Assembly: GCA_964016885.1 (NCBI GenBank)
Contig: OZ024742.1
Span: 111,352,001 to 111,416,000, forward strand
Source: Eledone cirrhosa
Lineage: Eukaryota
DNA length: 64,000 nucleotides
Reading direction: 5' to 3'
The first letter of the stretch is position 1. Each line of letters starts with the position of its first letter. This document shows positions 12,918 to 26,808 of the stretch, one piece after another. The position numbers and the translations under genes are program-made. The notes beneath the pieces are model-generated. The model worked only from the letters and a program-made list of their open reading frames with translations, was not told where the DNA came from and made no database searches.

Positions 12918-13356
12918 CAATTAAATCTCACCCAAGGTAACTCCATCTCGTGTTATTATTTTTATTTGTTACGCTCTTTCCTACGTTCTTCTACACACTA
13001 TACATCTCATTCTACATTAACTTACATCTCTCTCTTCACCACCGGATCTTGTTACCCGGAGAATTACCCATCTGCATTGTTGAGGCTTCCAAAACGACTT
13101 AAAGAAAATATATCATATATATATATATAGATATATTTATAAACATTGTACAGACTAGATTTTAATATAATACGAAATACCCGTTCCCATTTGAAATTCC
13201 TAGATTGTACACACATTATCTCTTAGTAAATATCTTTAGTATATATACTAAATATGTATCTAGATGTTATTGTCAATATCATGTAAATATTGATTTTGTA
13301 CTTAGTAGGTAGAATATGCTGAAACTATTGATTATAGTTATAATTTCAGTCATAAG

Positions 13357-13401
<45 letters not shown>

Positions 13402-13412
13402 TCATACACGCG

Positions 13413-13465
<53 letters not shown>

Positions 13466-13476
13466 TCATACACGCG

Positions 13477-13571
<95 letters not shown>

Positions 13572-15220
13572 GTATAAGCATATAATTATATATATATATA
13601 TATGTGTATATATATCGTTACTCTTCAAAATAGATTTCCTTCCCTTTTCTAGACCGATATTCGGCCGCGATATATTTATTAGATGAAAATAAATGTCTGC
13701 TTAATAAATTTTATTTATGTTAATATGAGCTAGATCACCTGTGCTCTGATAGAACGTTAGTCAAGCTATATTGCTGTTAGTTTCTCTTAAATGTATTTAA
13801 TCTAGAAAACGAGTAGTTTGTGATAAGCGTATAATCTAACATATTCATTGATCAATGTAAATATATGTACTTTGTGATCTGTGATCAATAAGATTGGAAT
13901 GTTAAAGCTTGTAAATAACAAAATGTTATATGGGCAATAGACAATAATTATATTTCTACTTTTTCACTGTCATTCATATTTATGACATATATTTATTGCC
14001 AAATGAACTAACATCTAAAATAGTGTATATCTAATATCTGCTCGTTGCTGTGAATCGCAACAAGTCTAAGTTATTTCTAACATTTTAAACTCTTTAATAT
14101 TTGGTTAAGGTTTTAGATTTACTGGTTTATTCAGGTTTACTTGTTTCGAAATATGACAGCTCATAAAGGGGATTACGTCAGGCTCTGTCGGATAGATGTT
14201 CTTGTAATTCCCAAAGATATATACGACTTCAGACACCACAGTTAAGAACTGCTAGATGCGATTGATATACTAATATAAAAAGAGTCAATAAATTTCATAT
14301 TTGCCATAAATTCGCTAACTCTTCTGTATATCTACCACATGACATTAATGGTCATGAAACAACAATGGTGTCTCATATTGTTACACAATTTTCTAGAAAT
14401 ATCAGAGGCAACGTTCTTGGAAATGGAAGTAGATATTAAAGTAACGTCATTCTTCATATATTTGAATAAATGTGTTTGATATTTACAACTAACATAGTTT
14501 TAGCACACATCTGCTCGATCAAGATTAATGGTAAGGTGTAATAGAATAACAACAACAACAATATAACAACCATCGTATTTACAATACAAATAAACGTGGA
14601 TGCATGCGTATTGTATTTAAAACTCGTCCTATTTTGACATGATATCAGTATTTTGACAATATGAACATATCAAACTATAAGTCAGAGCGATCAAGTGCAA
14701 AACAGAAGAAATACAAGTTAGACTTCTTCCGTTTAAGCGTTTTGAATTGATGTTAACTAAATATTACACGCATTGATGTGGCTTGAATATTTCGCTTTGC
14801 AATCATATAGGTCTGGTTTCAGAGATACAGAGTGTCATCTACTACAATGTATTCTACCTTAGTCTCCAGACGATCTTCGCATCTATATGTGAAATACAGA
14901 TGGTGTATACTGTGATGACGTTCATCGGATGGTTTACACGTGTTTTAGGGGTTTTATGACCGTCATATGGAACCTGCCTGAAGTAAACACACTATTCTAG
15001 CAGCGTTTGAAAATATGCCAAAATAGCTTTATTCCTTCTTCTGCAGTACATATCCTGTACAAGGTCATTTAAACTTGTAAAAGGAAGCTACTATCCTTCT
15101 AAAATTGAACCCCGGGAAAATGGCTATGCTCTACATTCTTGAATATATGCGAAAACAGGTGTAGTGTCATTTTAATTTAGTTTGAAACGTGCAAGTAAAT
15201 AGTTAAATGTAACTAACATA

Positions 15221-15900
15221 ATGATATCTGACACTGCGTCGTCGCATTTATTCACACTGCAGCAGGTCTTTGAGAAATCGTTGGAGTATTGCCAACATGT
15301 GTATTGTTGTGTTGTAGACCCCGACAAGGCATATCACAGCGATCCTATGGACCTGCTGCGGAGGGTTTTGCAGAAGTATGGCATCGGTGATCAGCGACTT
15401 GCTGTCCTGACGCCCCTGTACGAATGACCGTTTATTTGTGTTCGGATAAATGGTGCTAAATCGAAATCATTCAATGTGGGTGTAGGACTCCGCCAAGTGT
15501 GCCTACTGTCTCATTCGCTGTTTATCATTTTCTTGACCAGGATTGACATGCGCAGCCGGGTTGGATGTAATACCATGACTGGCAGGTAGAATATCAGTCG
15601 GCTGGAATTTTCAGATGGCATGGTGTTACTTCACTCGCCAGAGGATGGTCTTGCACTTGTAATTGATAGGTTTGATGCCGAGTGCTGTATGGGTGGGTTA
15701 AAAATCAGTGCTGCAAATACTGAGACGATCACCCTTTCAGGGATGACTGACCTACATGTAAATGGATTTCCACTGGTATTTCAAGTATTTCTGGGTTGTC
15801 TTCACTTGTCCAATTAAGGGACTATGGGCATATGTTTAGAATGTCTCAGGAAAGAATCGCTTGGCAGATTTTACTAGCGAAACCAACTGACAGGTGATCC
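15221..15900 (+). pseudogene. RTE-clade LINE reverse transcriptase fragment
   Basis: HLFTLQQVFEKSLEY..VYCCVVDPDKAY, VRINGAKSKSFNVGVGLRQVCLLS..LF, and LEFSDGMVL (degenerate FADD). Confidence 0.8.
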
Positions 15901-16949
15901 AGTGTTAAACCCCAAGCAATATGGTTGATAACATCCCTCAGATTGGTTGGTCTCGGTTGTGAAATTTCGGTTTTATCTTTCCGTTTAAATTTTGCAATTA
16001 TCAATGTTTTTAAGCCAACTTTGTGTGTGAAACACATGTATTGAGAATAAACTCTTCCCTCTTTAAATTCCAGTTGTATTTATACTACAGGTTGTTCCAC
16101 TAGATTTTAATAGGCCTGCTATTTTTCTACTCATAAACGTACATACTGTATTTTTCTGGAGGAGATTCATTCTATAGATATCTCGGAGAAAATGGGTGTA
16201 GTTTTATCAGCTTGAGATAATAGTGAAATATCCTCACAACTGACTGCATTCTTCATAATTTAAAATTTACAAATTAATAGTTACAAACTTCAGGATAAGG
16301 TCATTCCAAATCTGATGCTCCTATCCAATTTCTCTCTTATCCATGAGACATCTAGAAACATATTAATATCACCTCTCTCTCTCACATTCTCGGTTCTCCT
16401 CGACTACATAATCCTTCTGTACACAGCTCTGTTATTTGTCGTGCTACATGGTATAATAACTTCTATTTTCTCTTCTGAATATATTTTATAATATCTGTAT
16501 TTTTCTTTCGCCTCTTATCTATTAATATCACTAGCAGAAAAAACACCCATGGTGTGGTTTTCTGCTAGCACGTGTAGTGTGTATATTGATATTATATGCA
16601 AATATACATGCATGTAGATATGATACATCAAATAAAATCATAATTGACAATATACACAGAAATTGAACGAAATCTATGTTACACTGTCTTCTGTAATCAG
16701 TAAAGTAATCCATGATACATTTAAAAAAAGACGACATTATATATAAACTGAATTCGGATTAAATTAGCGACGGAAATATATGCGATATTTTTATACGTGT
16801 TATAATATAACGGCCGCTAACCGGAAGTGTTGACATTTGAAAATTTTAAAGAATTGAATCTTTAAATAAGCTATAAAATATATTTAATCAACAGCCACGA
16901 AATTTAGCACATAAATTATGTAATATTCATTCATTATTTATTCACAGTT

Positions 16950-17247
16950 AGGGCGGTGGATTGGCAGTATTGGTAGAGGGTCGGACGCCATATTTGACGT
17001 ATAGAGTTACGACCCTTGCCATTCTGAGTTCAAATTCCGCCGAGGTTAACTTTGCCTTTCATCCTTACGGGGTCGATAAAATAAAGTACCAGTATGCACT
17101 GGGTAATTGCTGGCCTTGTGCCAAACGTAGAAACAATTATTTATTCAAAGTTAACTTTGCCTTTCATCCTTCCGGGGTCGATAGAATAAAGTACCAGTAA
17201 TGCATTGGGTAATTGCTGGCCTTGTGCCAAAAGTAGAAACAATTATT
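16950..17247 (+). mobile_element. SINE family A with tandem duplication of its 3' ~105 bp
   Basis: gggcggtggattggcagtattggtag head. The block gttaactttgcc...aaacaattatttattcaaagt occurs twice. Confidence 0.88.
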
Positions 17248-18494
17248 TATTCAAAGTAATCCAACTTATTTTACAAACGGCTTTAACATTATATATTCTG
17301 GACGCTGTCCCGCACTCCTTTATCTATTATAGTTAAGATTTGGTGATTTCTAACATGTAACTTTCCATATGAGTTTTGGTCGTTCCTACTTATGGTTCCT
17401 TACTCACTAAATACATCTCTACTATAGTTGTCAATTCTGATTCGGTACACAGGTCAAATGCAGACTTAGTTTTTTCTCCTGACGTTATAAATTTACCAAA
17501 AGCACACTACACAAATTGGTATATTGTTATTAGATATTCCATAATTAAACATAAGAGAAATGAGAAGCCATTCAAAATATTGCATTCCGTGTAATTTGTT
17601 GAAATACTGTATTCAGAAAGTTTGAATATACAATTAAATGCGAATTACCCAGCAGTAAATATGAAACATTAAATACAGTGACATATAGAGCAATCAACGG
17701 CAGCAATTTATATTCGGAATTAAATTGCAAACACTTTATATATCATTGAGGGATATGTAGACGGCTTTTAGATGAGCATATAACGTAATGGATCGAGCTG
17801 TAAATTTAAACAGAGTTGTAGTCGATTATACTCACAGAATCTGTCAAATATTTGTATTGAAAGAAATTGACTATCAATACAATTCTCGACCTTTTACACG
17901 CCAAAAAAATATGTTTCGAATCATATAATTATATTACATGTTTGATAATATAAAATATTAATTGCATAAAAATAGATGCATCACAATATATACTTCCCCT
18001 CCATTCTTCGGATGTCACCTTTGTCTACCCTTATCTCAAAACTTAGATTGCAAGTATATAATGAGTTTTACTTCTTTTAGCAAATGAACGTACATAAGGT
18101 TAGTACTGTATCTGTTAGCCACAGTAATTCCAATATATACTTCACATTTTGATATATGCCATGTTGAACTTGTGTCCACTAGGTGTTGTTTTTTGTCGGT
18201 TATCCTTTTGCTAATATAACTTGGAGGACATGATCTCAGCATAGCATATAGCAACATGGTAAACCTAAATATATATCCAACGCAAGCGAAGTGAAACTTG
18301 GAAAAGCTACTCATAGTGAATCTGGTTAGTGCAAAAACTATTTAGATAATCATTTCTGAAAACCTATGTATATCTTTAAAGAAATTGTAATATATTTCTT
18401 GTAAAGATTAATTTATTTTCCGTTGTTATATGGTTGTTGTGTGTATATAAATATATGAGGTTCGTCTCCAAATTACTATTATTATTATGTGATT

Positions 18495-18684
18495 GGGCGG
18501 TGGATTGGCAGTATCGGTAAAGGGTCGGACGCCATGCTATCCAGCATAGTTACGTCCCTTTACGATCTGAGTTCAAATCCCGCCGAGTTTGACTTTGCCT
18601 TTCATCCTTACGGGGTCGATAAAATAAAGTACCAGTAATGAACTGGTAATTGCTGGCCTTCTGCCTAAAGTAGAAACAATTATT
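18495..18684 (+). mobile_element. SINE family A, full length
   Basis: Head, B-box, central block and tail are all present. Flanked by attatt-type sequence. Confidence 0.88.
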
Positions 18685-18735
18685 ATGTGAATTTTACAGA
18701 AACCCTTATCCTTCTAACGTTTTAATTTTTTACTA

Positions 18736-18875
<140 letters not shown>

Positions 18876-19224
18876 GAATGTAGAAGCTCATAATGCGTGG
18901 TTGCGCCGAGGGGGGCACATCAGTCATATACGGCGTTTCTGGAGTTGTTTGAACCTGGCGGTGCCCATCACCGCCCCAGATCTGAACAAAGACTATGATA
19001 AAGAGGAAATGAGAAAGAGAAATAGAGGAAGAATTGAACCAACTACTTGATTAGTACAGTGTTCTACCTTGCAGGGATGAAAGGTAAAGTTGGTCTCGGC
19101 ATGATTTGAACAGTGAGCCGAACAAATTACTCTAAAGCATTCTATCCGACGTACTAACGGCTCTACATGTGTATGCAATTTATATCTTATATTTCGAAAT
19201 TGTGTTATGATTAAACGACTTCCA

Positions 19225-19414
19225 AGGGCGGTGGATTAGCAGTATAGGCAGGGCGTCGCACAAATTGTTTTTAGGCATATAGCGTTGCCGTTAGCGTTGC
19301 TTATTATCCTTACGGGATCGATAAAGAATGTACTAGTAATGCCCTGGTCAATTTAATCGACTTTCCCCTACCCACAAATTTATTGGTCTTGTGCCTAAAT
19401 CAGAAACAATTATT
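19225..19414 (+). mobile_element. SINE family A, degenerate (a further partial minus-strand copy lies at ~19030-19165)
   Basis: gggcggtggattagcagtatagg...tccttacgggatcgataaa...cttgtgcctaaatcagaaacaattatt. Confidence 0.7.
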
Positions 19415-19971
19415 AACCGAGTTGTATATTATTTATCAGAGATGAAAATTTGATGACGCCGAATATAATCAAGACAATCAAGTGAGCTGCATAATGTATC
19501 AAATATCAACTCTCAATTTAAATGTTCAGATTACTTCATCGCACAAGTAATTCGTCTATATAGACATTTGTATGAATACAATTGTATGCAATTGAACATT
19601 AATTGGTGTATGATGCATGTGGAGCCTAATTTAAATAGTGTTTCAATTTTTATCCCACGTTTACTTATTGAAGTAGAATAAATTTGGTCAGCGACATCTA
19701 TTATCTAATCTACACCGGATAACTTGTTTCCTGTTACTCCTCTTCGTTAGCATAATTCCAATATGTTAAACTCATTTGACGCATGCATATAGCAACACTA
19801 AATCTTCATCTTTTACCCTCTATTCAACATAATGGCAATTTAAACAGCTTAGATACATGCTATGAATGTCCACTGCTAATTTCCTTTCACTTTATTAAAT
19901 TAACGAATTGACCGTAACTTCTTACAATACGATTCAAGTGATTAGTAAGTTACCTCATCATTCTACACTTC

Positions 19972-20030
<59 letters not shown>

Positions 20031-20386
20031 GCGTGCGTGCGTGCGTGTATGTGTGTATGTGTGTATGTGTGTATGTGTGAGTTTCTAAACAAGGGCATGA
20101 ACACAATGCAATGAAATGATGGTGTATTAGTTTAACGCTTGACACACATGAAAAAGAGACGTAAATCTATCGTGTGATAGAACGGGAGATATGAAGCAGA
20201 TTGTTTGCAGACAGAAAAAAACAAAACAAAGATAAATGATCATAACGAAAAAAAAGCAGATTATGGAAAAAACCTAAATAAGGAAGAAAAGACGTGTTGT
20301 TATTCAGTGAACTTTTACAATGAAGAATTTAAAACGCGGCTGGTGTTTTGAGGTTTATCGAAGAGGTAAAAAGCATCAAAGGAGGT

Positions 20387-20456
<70 letters not shown>

Positions 20457-20464
<8 letters not shown>

Positions 20465-21550
20465 GAGAAGTGAGGTTCTATACAAAACAGTGGGTATAGA
20501 GTAAAGATGAAGTTTGAAATAGCACGGGAGATATGTTTAAGGTTCTATTTTATTTTTTGATTCGTCAAAGTGACATTATTGAAAAGGTAGTGTTATTAAA
20601 AAGATAGTATTATTAAAAAAAGAGGGACAATTCTTTTTTGAAAAATTTGTTCATGGAGTATATAAAGTGTATGGAAAAATTACTGGTTTCGATGCATTAA
20701 AATCCATCTGTCAAATTCAGTGAAAAAAGTTAATTAAAAAGGGAGTAAAAAAAGTGTTTAAATTTTAAATTAAAATTAAAATCAAAAACGAATCTTTGAG
20801 CAAAATTTCTTCCATAATGCCTTCTGAAAAGTTGGCATGGAATGAGGCCAAGTTGTTTTGTTTAATCTAGTGGCGAATAGTTGAAAAGGGGGTAGGGGAT
20901 TGTAGGAGCTGACTACTTCTGTAGGAGATGACTACAGTGGTTGGTTAGTACATACCCACCCACACATACATACACACATACACATGTATAGAGAGAGTGT
21001 GAGGGTGTATATACAACAGTACACACATGTGAGTGTGTGCGTATATGTAAGCATAAATATGTGTGCGTATATATGTGTGGGGTTGTTGTGTGTGTGTGCT
21101 TTTACAGTCAGTCTGTTGAAGTTACTTTTGTAGAGGGGAATTAATAAAAAGTTATTTTCTCTTCAAACGGTCCTACAGCAGTGGTCAGCTCCTACAACCC
21201 CCTACTCCCTTTTGAACTATCGACTACTAGATTAAATAAAACAACTTGGCCTCATTCCATGCCAACTTTTCAGAAATGTTGCTCAAACATTCGCTTTTGA
21301 TGTAAATTTTAATTTTAAACCCTATTTTTACTCCCTTTTTAATTATTTTCACTGAATTTGACAAGATGGATTCTAATACATCGAAACCGGTAACTTTTCC
21401 ATACACTTTATATACTCCATAAAAAAATTTTCAAAAAAGAATTGTCCCTCTTTTTTTAATAAAACTATCTTTTCAATAATGTCACTTTGACGAATCAAAA
21501 TAGAAAAACAGACCCTTAAACATATCTCCCGTGCTATTTTCAACTTCATA
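20457..21550. mobile_element. ~1.1-kb fold-back HHR-bearing insert in a (TA)n/(CT)n tract
   Basis: ~20508-20945 is the reverse complement of ~21150-21549. HHR-like motifs at 20677-20718 (-) and 21354-21396 (+). Confidence 0.8.
21354..21396 (+). ncRNA. minimal type I hammerhead-like motif (U3-A8 variant)
   Basis: gaat-TTGACAA-gatg gattctaata catc-GAAA-ccgg-TA-actt. The other arm has attt as the stem I 3' strand. Confidence 0.6.
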
Positions 21551-21551
21551 T

Positions 21552-21808
<257 letters not shown>

Positions 21809-21813
21809 TCTCT

Positions 21814-21852
<39 letters not shown>

Positions 21853-23304
21853 CATATATATTTATATGTGTGTGTTTGTTTGCACCTATGTGTCTGTCTG
21901 TGTGTGTTTGTGTATGCGTGTGTATGTGTGTGTGTGTTTGTGTGCGAGTGTGTATGTGAATTTATGTGCTAGCGCGTAATCAGCTGTCGGTTTGGTAGTC
22001 TACCTGGGGATTCGTATAGCTGTATCCGTCTCTCTCTCTCCGCCTCTCTATCTCTCTGTCTGTATGTACGTACACGCACGAATGTAAGCTCGTTTACCAT
22101 TATATACATACATATGTGTGCACATGTTGATAGGTTCCTCATGGGCTCCAGTGTATGCACAAGAGTGGACCCTGCATGCAAGGCGTCAGTTTCCATGCCA
22201 TGGAATAGATTTGTGAGACACACATTTGGAAACAATGAAGAGCTACCACATCACGCATAGTTCTACCATAGTACTTCCGTTTAACCCCGAAATCTGCAGT
22301 ATGAAGGTAATACGGACACCACAATGGATGCAACCAGTAAATGGAAGTTAGTCTGTACATTTCTACAAAGAATGTTATTCTTACTAGATTTGTTCTCATA
22401 CGCTGAGTGTATGTTTAAATGTGTGTGCGTGTGTGTATGTGCATATGCATATATTTATATGTATGAGTATATAAATATAAACGCGCAAACACAGACGCAC
22501 TTACAGAAATACATTCACACAAGCACAAACATACGTTCACAGAAACAGACACAAATACATTTACACAAACACATACACTTACACACTGTGTAGTTTTTTT
22601 CACCATCTCCTTCCTTCCTTGTACATACACATACGCCTGCGCTTAAAAGATACGTATGTGTGTATGCTTTTTTAAAATATGTTTGTGAAGGAGAATATCT
22701 CTGTGGGAGTGTGTGCTCGAACATGTATAACGAGGTTAGAGAAAATCTACTGTAGCGTTACGTCAGTGCAGAATGGTAAGTGAAAATTGAAACAATAATT
22801 CTTGCTTCGTACTGCAACGAAAGGCTGGCACTCTGTTGTGTGATACGTGACCTGAAGAAAATATACTGAACTGAGTGATTGGTTTAAGGGAAGTAACTGG
22901 CGCCAGGATTATCGTTGATATAATATGAACCTATGTTTCTCTGAAAATCAACCCACCAGTGGTCTGCATGCCCGAACTATATAGACTAGCACAGGTAACA
23001 CTGAAGGGTATAAACGATGTTAGTACAGATACAGGTTAAAGTATTAAAGAAGTGGAAAAATGACAGAAGAGCCGATGAGTGTCGTTAATTTGGCGGGAAA
23101 CAGACTGGGGTTTCGCAAACTGCCATTACAAGTGGAATACCACAATTATTCGCCTAATCGCCCGCCACCATGTTGCTTACCGGGTAGAAATGCAACCATA
23201 TAATTATTGTCTCATGTAACTATGTTAATTTGCCTGTATATTCTTGCCGAAATTCTTGTTTTGTTTAACATACATAGCATGTCATATATGCTTTATTATA
23301 CACT

Positions 23305-23951
23305 TATCCTTGTCTTTCTTGGTTGTCCATCGTAAGCGATGATGACATCTTTATTGTTGTTCCCGTCTGCCGTGGGCACGAATGTGGCTGTGGAGGCCGA
23401 TCCTCGACTTGCAGGTCCGTGGTTAGTGGGGGCAGGGGAAGAGACCGGAGTGAGACTGGCAACTCCCAGACGTTTCCTCCACCTGTTACCTCCACTTCTC
23501 GCCCATCGCCGCAGGGCTTTGGGAGTGCACGCTAAAGAAGAAACCTGTGAGGGAAAGGTTTATAGTGGGAGGGCCAGTGCACAGTAACGGTCCCACTCAC
23601 TCGGCCGCAGAAGCCAGAAGAATCCGGTGGTATGGAGGACCGTCACGACCAGGGACTTCCTTGGTTGCAGTGGATGGCCACGACGTCTGTAGTGCTTTGC
23701 CGTGCCCTAGCGCTCCACACCGCTTGCTGCCGCCGCCTTTGTGACCGTTGGGACGATGTTGTCCTCCTCCACTCACTCCGCCGGGTCGTCTTCGCATGCA
23801 GGGGCAGGCATCCCCATATCTATCTCACCGGGAGGTTTCATACCTGTCCGGCTACCCTTAACCTGGTTCGGCCCGCCAGCCAAGGCGGTTTACCGGAGTA
23901 TGGCCGCTATCGCACATGCGACATCTTCTTGGGGCCACAGGTGATATACAC

Positions 23952-23953
<2 letters not shown>
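23305..23953 (-). mobile_element. GC-rich 5' leader of an RTE-type LINE, without ORF body
   Basis: GC island with no credible ORF. The minus-strand motifs gaaccagg..aagggtagccg, cctgcatgcgaagac, ccaacggtca..aaggcgg and catccactgcaaccaagg resemble RTE 5' UTRs as I recall them (not verified). Confidence 0.45.
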
Positions 23954-24370
<417 letters not shown>

Positions 24371-24416
24371 TATATATATTATATATATAATATATTATTA
24401 TACTATATTATATATA

Positions 24417-24457
<41 letters not shown>

Positions 24458-24473
24458 TACTGTTATACTTTGG

Positions 24474-24959
24474 CAGGGTTATGCTGCCAATAAAAACACA
24501 CTCACCTATTAGTTTTCAGTGCAATGTATTATAATTTTCCGGTTGGTAGGTTGGTTCGATAACCTGATGGTTGTTTATATATTTGCTAAGCTCTTTCGTC
24601 ACACATTCTGTGACCTCCTCAGTTATTGGGTTTTTATTTTGTGTCTCTCCTTTGTTCTATCGTACACCATCATGTTTGTGTTGCACAGAACAAAGGGGTG
24701 ACACAAAATGAAAACCCTGTCACGTAGCTTGAAAGAGCTTTGACAATATATAAACAACCCTCCGGTTATCGAACCAATCAACTAACCAACCAACCAACCA
24801 ACCAACCAACCAACCAGCCAACCAACCAACCGGAAATTTATAATAAATTGAAAATCAAGTGTGCGTGTGTTTTTATTGGCAGCATCACCCTTTATAATAA
24901 CATCTGCTTCAAAAAACGTTTTCAGGTGAGAAATCTTGCAAAACAAATTGAAAACCGAA

Positions 24960-24960
<1 letters not shown>
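24474..24960. mobile_element. fold-back insert in (TA)n with HHR core on the minus arm (24586-24622)
   Basis: Arms ~24474-24660 and ~24685-24895 are reverse complements. Minus strand reads CTGAGGA-g-gtcaca gaatg tgtgac-GAAA-gagct-TA. Stem I is not evident. Confidence 0.7.
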
Positions 24961-25008
<48 letters not shown>

Positions 25009-25203
25009 TAAGTATGTATACGTACATACATACAGTAGTGTGTATATATATACATACATGCACACATATATATATATATGTACGTATGGATTTACCGAAC
25101 ATTTATTATAATGCTCGGTTTGTTTGTAAACAAACATCCCGAATTAAGCCGTACAGTGTTTAGCAACCATCCTTGCCCTTTTGTTCAACACTGACAAAGG
25201 AAA

Positions 25204-25242
25204 GATGTACTAGTTTCAAGCTTATTAGCTATCGTCAGCACC
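25204..25242 (-). ncRNA. minimal type I hammerhead ribozyme, canonical core
   Basis: ggtg-CTGACGA-t agct aata agct t-GAAA-ctag-TA-catc. Palindromic stem III ACTAGT. Confidence 0.8.
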
Positions 25243-25634
25243 GTATACCTTCCTGCCAAATGATTGAACGTCTGAAAGAATATACTTTCATTATGCATAT
25301 TAATGGCTGAGCAGCCTAATTTGCATATCGAGTGAGTTAATCGGCTGGGCGCACCGAAAATGATAAATGGAAAAAATGAAACGAAATTTCATTTCTCACT
25401 CTTAGTACAGCTTTTACTTAAATATAAATATGTATACGTACATACATATATGTATACAGACGTACAGTAGTATGTATATATATATACATACATGCACACA
25501 TATATATATATGTACGTATGGATTTACCGAACATTTATTATAATGCTGGGTTTGTTTGTAAACAAACATCCCGAATTAAGCCGTACAGTGTCTAGCAACC
25601 ATCGTTGCCCTTTTGTTCAACACTGACAAAGGAA

Positions 25635-25675
25635 CGATGTACTAGTTTCAAGCTTATTAGCTATCGTCCGCACCG
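25635..25675 (-). ncRNA. second hammerhead copy with a U4>G core mutation
   Basis: cggtg-CGGACGA-tagctaataagctt-GAAA-ctag-TA-catcg. Confidence 0.65.
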
Positions 25676-26808
25676 TATACCTTCCTGCCAGTATACCTAC
25701 CGTATACCTTCCTGCCAGATGATTGAACGTCTGAAAGTATATACTTTCCTTATGCATATTCCCTCAGGGAAACATGAATCATTTGAATGTCACACACATT
25801 TGAAATGCCGATCGTAACAACACGTTATTAGAAACATCATATTGCATTTAGTGCTAATTTTAACAGATCAAAACCAGAATTAAAGACACTCACAAAAACA
25901 TAAGTGTTAAATATTTCTTACTTTCTTTACAAACAGATGCTTAATATATTGGATTACTAGTCAAATATATATTATATGCTTCAAAAATATTCTTTTCTTA
26001 TAAATTAAAGTAGATGTTATTGAAGTGTATTTACTTTCTCCTTAGATGTTATTGAAGTTTATTTACTTTCTCCTCGTGACTTGGGTTCACGATCCATTTA
26101 TATGACATAATATTAATTGTTTGCCAATATATATTTATGTGCGTAGAAATGCTACTTTTTGTAAGCTATAACACACAATTGCTGTAACAGTACCATTTCG
26201 TCAATATGCTTGGCAAATGATAAAAGACCTTTTTCATATAAAAGAAATTGCAGTGGTGTGTTGAGTTCATAAAAGAGGCATGAGCAAGAACATTGTTGAT
26301 AACCATTGAGTTAAATTAAATGCAGTACAAGATATGAATAAATGGTTTTGCGTCTCGCATCCTTGTTTATTTAGTTATATGCAACACGATCTTTGCAACA
26401 AAAATATTAGCCAAAGGAATTATGTGAAAGAGTGAGTGACAGAGGAGTGAGAGAAAAAGGGAAGGAAAAAGAGAAAAAAGATGTTAGAGAGCAGCCTCTA
26501 ATAATATTAAGTGAAAGTTTCCCAATAAGTATATTGTAGTCTAATGTATAACAATGAGGCACAGGCAGACGGCAGTATTGGATACTAAAAAGTGAGAAAC
26601 GCGAAGATAATTACATAATGATTTCCATAATGTAATTTATTATTTTTTCTGAATTATTAAATTCTACTGAAACAAACAAACTCATCTGTTGAGGCATTAT
26701 TTACTTTGGTCACTTTACTTGGAACCATGCGCTTTTTGTGTGTTACAAATATTAATTTACACCGTTGTTCTATGAATAACATTTTATACATTTTGTCAGT
26801 GTACAATG

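Larger units (their letters stand above)
8381..13112 (-). mobile_element. Penelope-like retroelement with direct pseudo-LTRs plus an inverted 3' arm, inserted in (TA)n
   Basis: 8381-8794 is repeated directly at 11501-11914. 11913-13112 is an inverted copy of ~8420-9565. Both termini abut TA tracts. Confidence 0.92.
25005..25760 (-). mobile_element. retrozyme-like tandem element, 432-nt monomer, ~1.7 copies
   Basis: ~25005-25300 is repeated at ~25425-25760. One HHR per unit. Begins at a (TA)n tract. No ORF. Confidence 0.75.

Noticed and set aside
18036-18314. Possible host exon
   Set aside because: No recognisable domain in the frames examined and no convincing splice pair.
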